NCBI GenBank assembly: GCA_973895155.1
Contig: OZ316895.1
Span: forward strand, 23,138,558-23,202,557
Direction: 5' to 3'
DNA: 64,000 bases
From: Marsupella aquatica
Taxonomy: Eukaryota; Plantae; Marchantiophyta
Position numbers and translations under genes: made by a program. Numbering within the stretch: the first letter of the stretch is position 1; every line of letters begins with the position of its first letter. This document shows positions 13,365 to 23,458 of the stretch, in pieces. The notes beneath the pieces are model-generated. The model was given only the letters and a program-made list of their open reading frames with translations. It was not told the origin of the DNA and ran no database searches.

Positions 13365-14780
13365 AAAAGGTGTGCAAGCAGTTAGTAGGAGCTCCAGCTC
13401 TGCGGTCACTAAACATCTGTGGTGCAAGGATGTACATAACTTAACTACCAAGCCTTTAGCCCCCATAGAATCAACCTAAACCTTGGCAAGTGGTGTTATT
13501 CAAAATTTAGCATTCAAGAAAGAAGAAAGATGAGTTTGTACACGCCTTTTAGCCCCCATAGAATCAACCTAAACCTTGGCAAGTGGTGTTATTCAAAATT
13601 TAGCATTCAAGAAAGAAGAAAGATGAGTTTGTACACGGCTCTAGAACACAACAATAATTGTGCAAGATTCATCTCCATTTCATCACCTTCACTAACTCAC
13701 CTAAGGAGCGCAAGCCAATTGCGTTGGCAACACAGACTTCATGATAATTATCTGGCACCTGTTTGTGCAGAACATTCAAACTTAACCTTTGCACCTCTAG
13801 CCTTAGATTCCCACATTCTTCTAATGTATGAGGAAAGTACGAAATCAATAACTATCCCTATGCCAATTTCTGCACCATCACCCTCACTCACAAGAGGATG
13901 GAGACGATCAGCTGGTGCATCAACGTTGGAGTGGAATGCACGCATGACATTGCTGGTCAACATGGCAACTGAATGTTGCTCCATTGTGGTCAGCCTTTGC
14001 TCGATGGCATTTAGTCGTCCAGACTCCATTATGGTCAGCCTTTGCTCAATGACAGTCAGTCTTCCAGACAACGTTTCATCCATCCTCCCAATTGCTAGGA
14101 GGATGACATCAATTGGGGCTCTATCTGCATGTAGGTGGTCCTTGACAATGACAACCCAGTTCTTTGAGCTCATTGTTGCCCGCTCCATGTCACCTGCCAC
14201 GAACTCTGCAGCATCATCAACTTTGGGTTGCTAGCTCTCTCTAGTGGAGGAGGTTCTGGGGCTCGGCCATTGCCTGATTATACCTCAACCACAAGGAGAA
14301 GGTGTCTACTAGCTTATAGTGTGCCAGTCGTGTGCTCGAATCACAACGTACTCACATGCATAAAAGTCAGTACTTCTCAGTGCTCGACTTGATCAGGAAT
14401 CCTTGGAAGTCCTATGAGAAATCACCTACAACTGTAACCCATGAATAACGAATAGTAGCTGGAAACTAAGGTAGAGTCTCACCACAATAGAGTTTCTACC
14501 TCTAGTTAGGTGCGTTGTACAAAACCCTGAACGCCTCAACAAAACCTACAAATATTTGAATTCTACAAGCCCCCTCCATCAAACCCCCTACTCTCCGGAA
14601 AACATCTGAATTCCAACGCTTCTAAAGAGTTAGCTCTCCAGATGGATTATAAAAATAGGGAAGGAAGATTCTAACTCCAAACAGGAAACAAATTCTAGTA
14701 GTAGAGCGAGAGAGAGACAGAGTTGCTACCTCCATGCAACTCACGTGCACAAACTTCTACATCAACAAGATCTACAAGAT
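13365..14780 (-). pseudogene. Orphan coiled-coil gene family, copy A (ORF 13748-14200, frameshifted near the 3' end)
   Basis: Contains SGRLxxIEQRLTxME repeats, then MRAFHSNVDAPADRLHPL. A shifted frame continues YFPHTLEECGNLRLEVQRL...VANAIGL. Homologous to copies B-D. Confidence 0.7.
13453..13637. repeat. Near-perfect ~93-bp tandem duplication
   Basis: tttagcccccatagaatcaacctaaaccttggcaagtggtg...gagtttgtacacg occurs twice in tandem. Confidence 0.9.
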
Positions 14781-14782
14781 CA

Positions 14783-15520
14783 AAAAGGTGTGCAAGCTAT
14801 GGGAGCTCCCGCTCCGGTGTCATGGAATATCTGTGATGCAAGGATGTAAGTTTATGTAATTATCAAGCTGTGTAGCCCCCATAGAATCAACCTAAACCTT
14901 GGTAGATAGTGTTATTTTGAAATTTAGCCTTCAAGAAAAAAAATGACAGGTTTGGACAATACTTCACATCATAGTGCTAATTCAAAATTTAGCCTTCAAG
15001 AAAGACAAAAGACAAATGTTTGGACTCTGCTTCAAACCACACCTATAGTTCAGTATGCAAGACTCATCTCCATTCTATTGCATTCACTAACCTGAGGAGC
15101 AAAGGCCAATTGCGTTGACAACATAGGCTTCTAGATAATTGTTTGACATCTGATCGTGCTGAACATACAGCGCACTCAAGATTAATCTTCTCACCTCTGG
15201 CCCAAAATTCCTACATTCTACTAATGTCCAAGAAAATCCAAAATGAGTGCCCCTATATGAATTTCTGCACCATCAACCTCACCAGAGAAGATTGTCTGGT
15301 GCATCAGCTTTGGAATTAAATGCTTGCACAACGTTGATTGTCAGAATGACAATTGAATGTTGTTCCAATGCTGTCAGCCTTCCAGCCAATCATACGTGAT
15401 CAACATTTCTCCAATGACATTTCATTTTCCAGACAATCTTTCATCCATTGTCCCAATCGCTAGGAGAATGACATCAAGTGAGAATCTATCTGCATTTAGG
15501 TGGTCCTTTACTGTAACTGC
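14783..15520 (-). pseudogene. Orphan family copy B (strongly decayed)
   Basis: Shares aaaaaggtgtgcaagc, ccaattgcgttg, gcaccatcaacctcac and ctttcatccattgtcccaatcgctagg with copies A, C and D; contains multiple stops. Confidence 0.7.
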
Positions 15521-15569
15521 AACTTAGTACTCGATTGCACGAAAGGCAACGCTTCTCAATGCTTGAGAG

Positions 15570-16118
15570 TGCATAAACTGTGCAAGATTCATCTCCATTC
15601 CATCACCTTCACTAACTCACCTACGGAGCGCAGGCCAATTACGTTAGCAACATAGACTTCAAGATAATTATCAGGCACCTGTTCATGCAGAACATTCAAT
15701 GCATTCAAAATTAACCTTTGCACCTCGATCTGGCCTTAGATTCCTACATTCTCCTAATGTGTGAGGAAAATACGGAATCGATAACTATTTCTATGCCAAT
15801 TTCTGCACCATCAACCTCACTCACAAGAGGATGAAGACGATCAGCTGGTGCATCAACTTTGGAGTTGAATGCACGCATGATATTGCTGGTCGACATGACA
15901 ACTGAACATTGCTCCATTATGGTCAGCCTTTGCTCAATGGCATTTAGTCTTCCAGACTCCATTATGGTCAGCCTTTGCTTGATGGCATTTAATCTTCCAG
16001 ACTCCATTATGGTCAGCCTTTGCTCGATGACATTCAGTCTTCCAAACAATGTTTCATCCATCCTCCCAATTGCTAGGAGAATGACATCAACTAGGGCTCT
16101 ATCTGCATGTAGGTGATC
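15570..16118 (-). pseudogene. Orphan family copy C (5'-truncated; three 45-bp internal repeats)
   Basis: ORF 15744..16061 reads MDETLFGRLNVIEQRLTIMESGRLNAIKQRLTIMESGRLNAIEQRLTIMEQ. Homology stops abruptly at ~16118, where an AT-rich tract begins. Confidence 0.75.
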
Positions 16119-17304
16119 AATTCTGTATACATCGTGTTTTGAATGACTCTAATTTATGTGTTTCAAGATATCATGTACGATCCCAAATTATAAAATGCCC
16201 TAGTCTATTAAAAATATATTCATAAAAATAATTCTTACTTTGGGTATTCTATTTCATAAAAGTATACAATAAGGAACATAATCATCTATATTTGTGGTGT
16301 TAAATCTTCACATGCATAGAATTTTTTTGTCAAAATAGTTTAATTAGAAAAATAACTATTTTGGATCGTATGTGGTTTTCACAAATTTTTATAGTTGATA
16401 CGTCTATAAAAGACAAAGTTTAGCAATCAATATCATTTTATGCTTTTATCTTGATTTGACCATCTACTTATTGATATCTTATGCTTTCAGTATCATATAT
16501 AAATAAATAAATACATATATGTATATTTGTTTGCAAAATCAATTACTAGCCTAGCTAAAATAAAATAATATCATTCCTTGTTTTAAACAATATATTTCTT
16601 CTCTAGCTAGGAAATTTTATTTATGATGATTTTTTGTCCAAACCATTATTTAAGGCCTGTTTATGAATTTTGACCAGTTTGTCAATATGTTGATTGAACT
16701 TGACTCAAAATTTTCTTATAGAGATGATATCATATGAGAAGTAGCCTAAAATTCTTTCTGTATATTTTTTTTGATGAATTATACATAAGAAGAGTGTAGG
16801 TTAGTACTATTTGATACTTGGAAATGCTTGGTCCGGGGGTTAAACTTACTTAGTCAGTGTTTGTTTTTCAATACCAAGTGCAACCCTCACTTGATTAAAA
16901 TACCTTATTTTAAGAAAGATTATTTCAAAAAATATTTCTCCTTGAAAGTTAAATATACTATTTTACTTTGAACATGAAGAATATAAAATAAACATGTCGT
17001 CTATTTTTTTGTTAGTCTTTAATCTCAAAAAGACTTTTTTATAAGACAATAAAACTTGTAGGAGTCTTGATTATGCAACTAGTTGGAAGTCAGACTCTTC
17101 TTCAAGATGATTGTCTTATTGAAAATATTCATGGACTATATAATGACTCAAGTTCTTACAACTATTATTGACAGTGCTAATTATATTCTCCTACAATGTC
17201 ATGATCTCTATCCCTTAATTTTTTTACTCATCTCTGCTCTCCTTCACCGAGCTCTTTCACTAAACTAAGGAACAAATTTCAATTGCATTTGCACCAATTT
17301 TTTA

Positions 17305-18625
17305 ATAATTTAGCCTTTACGAAAGAAGAAAGATAAGGATTTGAACAGTCTTCTAGACCACTATTTTGGAATTTAGTGTTGCAGAGTTGTTGTTGTGGTT
17401 TGGAGGAGTGTACAAACCATTCGGTGAAGGAAACCACAACAACAACTCTGCAAGACTCAACTCTATTCCATCACCTTCACTAACCTGAGGAGCATAGGCC
17501 AATTGCATTGGCAACATGAACTTCAATTAAGATCATTATCTACTACCTGATTGTGCTGAACATTCAGTGCAATCAAGATTTTTTTTTGCACCTCTAGCCT
17601 CAATTTCCTCGATCCTACTAATGTCTAAGGAAAATAAGGAATGAGTGCCCCTTTGCAAATTTTTGTGCTATCAGCCTCACTCACAAGAGGATTGAGAAGA
17701 TCACTCGGTGCATCAACTTTGGAGTTAAATGCACGCATGTTGTCTGTTAAAATGATATATGAACGTTGCTCCATTGCTGTATGCCTCTTGCCAATCGTTG
17801 TACTTAGGGTTTTCTCGATGGTGTTCAATATTCTAGACAACCTTTCATCCATTGTCCCAATTGCTAAGAGAATGGCATCAAGTGGAAATCTATCTGTTGC
17901 ATGTAGGTGGTCCCTAACAACGGCAACCCAGTTCTTTGAGCTCAACGTTGCCCGCTCCACATCATTTGTCACAAGCTTTATAGCAACATCCACTCTGGCT
18001 GTGCTAGGTCTCTATAGTGGAGGCTCAACGGCTGCATCAACTGCTCCACAAGGAGGTTCTCGGGCTGCATCATTTGCTCCACGTTGGGTTTGGCCATTGC
18101 CTGGTTACATCTCAGCCACATTCAAAGAGACGGTGTGTACTAGCTTACAATATGCCAATTATGTGCTTGAGTCATAACGTACTCACTTGCATAAAAAGTA
18201 GCACTTCTCAATGCTCGACAATGCTTGACTTAATCAGGAATCCTTGGAATACCTGTGAGGAATCAGCTACAAATGTACCATGAATGACGGATAGCAACTA
18301 GAAACTAACTTAGGCAGAGTCTTGTCACAATAAAAATATCTAGATTGAGTTACGTATGTTATACCAAACCCTAAACTCCTCAGAAAAAAATTGAGCTCTA
18401 CTTGCCCCCTCCATCAAAACCCGTGCTCCCCATAAACATCTGAATTCCAATGCTTTTGACGAGTTAGCTCTCCAGTTGGATCATCAGGGGAAAAGTAACG
18501 CACGAAAGAAGAATCAAACACTTCAAAAACAAATTCCAATAGAGCAAGAGCAAGAGAGAGTAAGTTGCCTACCAGTATGCATCTCACATGCACAAACTTT
18601 CTGCGTCAACAAGATCTACTGTTGA
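17305..18625 (-). pseudogene. Orphan family copy D (in-frame stops)
   Basis: ORF 17625..17993 reads SSKNWVAVVRDHLH...MRAFNSKVDAPSDLLNPL...GALIPYFP*. Upstream region 18130-18620 parallels 14290-14775. Confidence 0.75.
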
Positions 18626-20180
18626 TGCCTACCTCACTCTCCTCTAAGTCCTATCTCGGACATTTGAATCAACGCTGGGACACAAAAGTATTGTGAATCA
18701 ATACATAAGACAACTTGTCGCAACACCACAGGACCAAGCAAAAAACTAATTAAATAGGGTTCCTTGCTACTTACCTCTGCTCTCGTCTGATAAATGCATG
18801 TGTATACTTATAGACAAGAACACACTTGTGTAATTGTTGCTATTTTGTTGTTTAGTGAGAGTTGACTTGCACTTATGCAAACTGCATTTTTGGGTGCATT
18901 TACAAAGAAAACCCTTATACTATGAGGGATGACATTATTGGCCTCCACTAATCCGTGGTGCACTTATGCACATTTCACTGTACTTTCCTCTTCCTCTCCC
19001 CTACCCACCATGCTTCCTTATATACCATAGTGCCAAAGAATTAAAATGTCAAACTGGGAGAGAGGATCCCAAAGGAACAAATGAACTTTGAAGTACCTTG
19101 TCCCTAAATGTTCTAATTTATAAAAATACCATTACTTTATCTACAAATAAGCTATGGTTTTTGTATATGGTTTCCCTGGTCACATGAATACAGTTGCCAT
19201 CCATACACAAAACCGTGGCGTATTTGTAAGGAGAAAAACAATTGTGGCAATCTTGTTAATAAGAGGCCCTAAAGATTTGACAATATTGTTAATTGGAGCC
19301 ACTGAATCATTAGGTGCAAGATTTAGGAACAAAAACTCCAAAAGACAAGGATCCCAAAGACCCAAGTAAGGGGGGGGGGGAAGGAAAGAACATAAGGGGG
19401 CCATGCTGAGTTCTATAAGGTGATGAAGGCAAAACGCCAGAGCAGAGACAAGTTGATGGAGTAGGGGAACTGTGGAACCCAATTTGGTGGGTATCAATAA
19501 TTGCACATCAAAATATGACATATATGGTGTAAGATATCTCTCTATACTATGATAAATTTCATTATTTTTCTTTAAAGATGTATGCACATCTACAACTATA
19601 ATAAGAGATCCCGTCTTTTTTAGTTCTTTGTTCCAATACAAAAAAGCTCCTGAGCAGGAAAGATCCACAACTGTTGGATTTGATTAACTGTAGATCCACA
19701 ACCGTTGGATTTGATTAACTCGATTTGATTAACTGTAGATCCACAACCGTTGGATTTGATTAAGTCTTTTCCCTGATCATTGATGAGTAAATGTGCACCC
19801 TGGCACATATGTGCTTCCTGGCACATATGTGCTTCTCACTGTCCCATATTAAATGCCTTAGCTAGACTCCCTATGGGCCAGTCCTCCTTGTCCTTGCAGA
19901 GTGCAACCCACTGGCATAGGGCTCCTTTATTAATATTATCACATGACAAACCTACAGTAGTTATTTTCTTTAAAAGAATATATGCACACCTATATTACCA
20001 CATTTGGATGTGTGCAATTTGGTCATTTCGTCCGGACGCAACGAGGGGCACGAAGCCTGGAGACTAGCTTAGAACAGAGTACAGTCCTAGTCCTGGAGTG
20101 AGATCTCGCAAACGCCCCGCCGATCGCTCGTCATCGTCGCTTGCCTCGATTTCGTCCATTGGCGGCCGGAGGAGCAGAGC

Positions 20181-20592
20181 AGAGGTGAGTAGTGAGGAAC
20201 CCAACGAGCTCTGTGTTGGGTCCTACGGTGTGGAGACGAGCTTTCTTATGTATTTACAATGTTTTTGTGTTTGGAGTCGGAGTCGGAGTCGAGGTGAGTA
20301 GTGGGGAACGCAATGAGTTCTCTGTTCGGTCCTACGGTGTTGAGACGAGCTTTCTTATGTATTTACAATGTTTTTGTGTTTGGAGTCGGAGTCGAGGTGA
20401 GTAGTGGGGAACGCAATGAGTTCTCTGTTCGGTCCTACGGTGTTGAGACGAGCTTTCTTATGTATTTACAATGTTTTTGTGTTTGGAGTCGGAGTCGAGG
20501 TGAGTAGTGGGGAACGCAATGAGTTCTCTGTTCGGTCCTACGGTGTTGAGACGAGCTTGCTTATGTATTTACAATGTTTTTGTGTTTGGAGT
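20181..20592 (+). repeat. Four tandem ~103-109-bp units, each starting with a consensus splice donor AG/GTGAGT
   Basis: The unit aggtgagtagtggggaacgcaatgagttctctgttcggtcctacggtgttgagacgagc...tttggagtcggagtcg is repeated, with GT at 20185, 20294, 20397 and 20500. Confidence 0.92.
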
Positions 20593-21394
20593 CTTCTTTC
20601 CTGCTTGCTTTTTCCCCCGGTGATCCAATTGGAGATCTAACTCTTGATGAGAAGCAATGGAATTGAGTAGTTTTCTGGGGAGCAGGGGTTTTGATGGAGG
20701 GGGCTCGTAGAATTTGAATTTTTTAGTAGGTTTTGTCAAGGAGTTTAGGGTTGGGTACAACGTACCTAACTCGAGGTAGATTTTTGCTGTTGCTAGACCC
20801 GGCCTGAGATTCCAGCTGCTGTTCTTCGTTCATGGTTACAGTTGTGGCTGATTCTGCGATTTCCTTTCTAATTAGGAGCTGGATGTACGTGTGAAAGTCG
20901 TATGCCTCCCCTCCGTTTCCCACTCCCTTGTTGTCGCCGACTCCATTCAGCCCCAGTCTTGATGGTCAGAAGGGGAGGGGAGACGTTGCTTCGATTTTGG
21001 AGTCTTTAGGTAGGTTGCCGGCTTTGATCGGCTAATGTTTGTGATTTTGGGGTCCTCGTGAATGTTGTGATTTTCGTTTAGCAATTTGCTGATTTCTGGA
21101 CCATTCAAGACTTTTCGTTACTCTGTCTCATGCTTGTTCGCACGACTGATCCGGTTTCCAGATTTTAGGTCCAGTTAGTCTGAAAGAATTTCTCTACATC
21201 TCTATGTGTGAGTTATTCACGAGGAGTTATGCATCGAAGTTTTATTTTGTAGACCTGAATTGTAGGATGAACTAAGAGGCTATCAATTGCTATTCTAAGC
21301 TTGCGCCTGCTGCCTGGTCGTTCGGAATGTACAGGTATGTGGGATACCGGAAAGCACTGAGGGGCAGGTTGGGGAGTTGAAGTCATTTGGGACC

Positions 21395-23458
21395 ATGGCT
21401 AGGGCCGGCAGCTTCATGAGCGTGACAAAGATCCTGTGGTGGACGGCATTGTTGACATGGATGGTATGCCGGAGCAGGGAAGTGGTGGCCATTCCAGGGT
21501 TTGGTCTCGATTCGGCGTTGAATCAAGCTCAGAGTGATCCATTGGCAGATAATGACGTCTTCGAATCCCTCTCAGCGTCTCTGAAGAAGGCTCTACTGAA
21601 AGATGCCAATCTTGACACGCAAAAGAAAATCGCGGCCCTAAAGGGCTTTGAATCCACCACCGTGATCCATGTCAAGCTTGTAGGCTTCCCGGGCGAGGGT
21701 GACAGTAGCAAGCAGAATATAGAATCTCAATTCGCTCGTTACATAGACGCGGTTAACCAGGAGGCTCGTGTTGGTGTCATTGCATCGGACTCTCATGAGT
21801 TCATGATCCAGTCTAAAATCACTGTGGATGTGACCAGAGCAAGCAGAACGCTGACGGACAAGATCCACAAGGCCGTCGAGGACCACATTGATAGTGTCAC
21901 TCCAACAAGGAATTCTGGGACTAAGCTTTACTTTACTCCTATTCAAGCAGTTCCATACAATATTGTAGACGACATCATTCTAGAAGACTTGGTAAAACCT
22001 TTGGACTCTTACAACGTATATCTTCTCAACACAAAGCCTCAGGAACGGAGTTACGCTTACGAGTATGGTTCAGCGAGCTCATCGCAGTTTTATCAGAAGT
22101 GTCTTGGAACTTTCTGGACTGGCAAAGAGAGGTACATGTGGATAGACCTTGCTGCAGGACCTGTAGAATATGGCCCGTCGACATCCGGGGACGGTTATGT
22201 GAAAGGGGAGATGTTTCCATTAGCAAAGAACTACAACGATTATCAGCTGAAAAATGCATATCTTGCTGATCTCGCTGCCATGGTCTGGAGTGCTGCCCGC
22301 ATGCTGTTTGTGCCATCTGTTCGAATACCCGTCACTTATGAACGAGATACAGAAGTCCATATCATGCACATTCAAGGTGCAAATACAACGGATGACACCA
22401 AGGGCGTCGATGTTAAGTTGATTGAAGCAGTGTTTGCCGAAGAGGAGCAAGACCTGCTTCTCCCCAAGCAAAGTCTCAAGTTCAAATACTCCAATCTAAA
22501 ATTCACAGACTGTCCACTCTGTGCTGCAGCTCTTGCCCGTGCTCAAAGGGCTTTCACCTCGCGGGTGTTTCTGGAAAGATATAGTCTTTTTGTGGATGAT
22601 TACTTGGATTCGAGGGAGCTTCATGAGTTTCTCAGCAAGTTCGGGCCAGACCTGGCAGAGCGGATGAATATGAATGCTGGACCAATGGCTCGTGTGCTCC
22701 CTGTGTTCATTCTGGACGTGGATTCTGAAAGACAGCTTCTGCTGGATCATTATCATCAGGTGATTCCATTCAACGACATGGTTATAGCAGTACGTAGCAA
22801 AGCGCCTCAAGTGGTTACGGAGTACAGCTGTAATGGCCGGCCTATGGTGGCGCAAACTCGGTTGCTAGAGCGGCCAGTGGTTGGTGCTCTTTTGCAAACA
22901 TTATGGGGAGTGGCACCCTCTCATGTCACTTGGAGTCGTCCCCACAATGACTCACTGGTGGACTACAGATGGGCTTTAGGGCAAACGCCCTTCGGTCCTT
23001 TCTCAGAATCCATGTCTCTCTCATTCGCCCAGAAGGATGCTGCTCCACGAAATATTTTGTACTCAATGCTGAACCAATCCATCTCAACTGCCTTAGGGGT
23101 GTTGAATATTGTCAAGGAGTATGGCGGGGAGAAGACACTTTTTGGTAATAAAAGACAAACTGAGTTCTCCCAGAGGTGGAGCTTGTTTATCTATAAACTT
23201 GAGAAAGCAGTGTCTGGGATCTCACACTTTGACTACAAGACATCGCTCTATTTTCTCAAGTCAGCAGAACATGACCTTTTTGCGATGCATAATCTTGCAT
23301 TCATGTCATCAGGAGACTTGGTGGCTACAATGACTTGTTACACAGATCCACCTTTTCCATGGCTTTGGTTTGGTTTCGTTTTATTATTGATACTTGCCGG
23401 TGCATATCTCTTCTTCAGAAGTCCCAAGATATTTGAAAACAAGAAGAAACGTTTTTGA
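21395..23458 (+). CDS. Conserved plant membrane protein of unknown function (At3g28720-like); intronless CDS, 687 aa
   Basis: Long uninterrupted ORF with an N-terminal signal peptide, motifs WTGKERYMWIDLAAGPVEYGP, RVLPVFILD and VDYRWALGQTPFGPFS, and a C-terminal TM helix ending ENKKKRF. Family recalled from memory. First ATG at 21395. Confidence 0.85.
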   Translation: MARAGSFMSVTKILWWTALLTWMVCRSREVVAIPGFGLDSALNQAQSDPLADNDVFESLSASLKKALLKDANLDTQKKIAALKGFESTTVIHVKLVGFPGEGDSSKQNIESQFARYIDAVNQEARVGVIASDSHEFMIQSKITVDVTRASRTLTDKIHKAVEDHIDSVTPTRNSGTKLYFTPIQAVPYNIVDDIILEDLVKPLDSYNVYLLNTKPQERSYAYEYGSASSSQFYQKCLGTFWTGKERYMWIDLAAGPVEYGPSTSGDGYVKGEMFPLAKNYNDYQLKNAYLADLAAMVWSAARMLFVPSVRIPVTYERDTEVHIMHIQGANTTDDTKGVDVKLIEAVFAEEEQDLLLPKQSLKFKYSNLKFTDCPLCAAALARAQRAFTSRVFLERYSLFVDDYLDSRELHEFLSKFGPDLAERMNMNAGPMARVLPVFILDVDSERQLLLDHYHQVIPFNDMVIAVRSKAPQVVTEYSCNGRPMVAQTRLLERPVVGALLQTLWGVAPSHVTWSRPHNDSLVDYRWALGQTPFGPFSESMSLSFAQKDAAPRNILYSMLNQSISTALGVLNIVKEYGGEKTLFGNKRQTEFSQRWSLFIYKLEKAVSGISHFDYKTSLYFLKSAEHDLFAMHNLAFMSSGDLVATMTCYTDPPFPWLWFGFVLLLILAGAYLFFRSPKIFENKKKRF

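Noticed and set aside
13530-14234. 234-aa plus-strand ORF (also 15859..16116 and 17641..18177)
   Set aside because: Antisense shadows of the minus-strand coiled-coil family; the minus frame gives the coherent heptad pattern.
20098-20640. Several similar 67-78 aa ORFs
   Set aside because: By-products of the 103-bp tandem repeat; they start at GTG and show no protein features.
21529-23333. Short ORFs overlapping the 687-aa gene
   Set aside because: Antisense or alternative-frame shadows of a real CDS.
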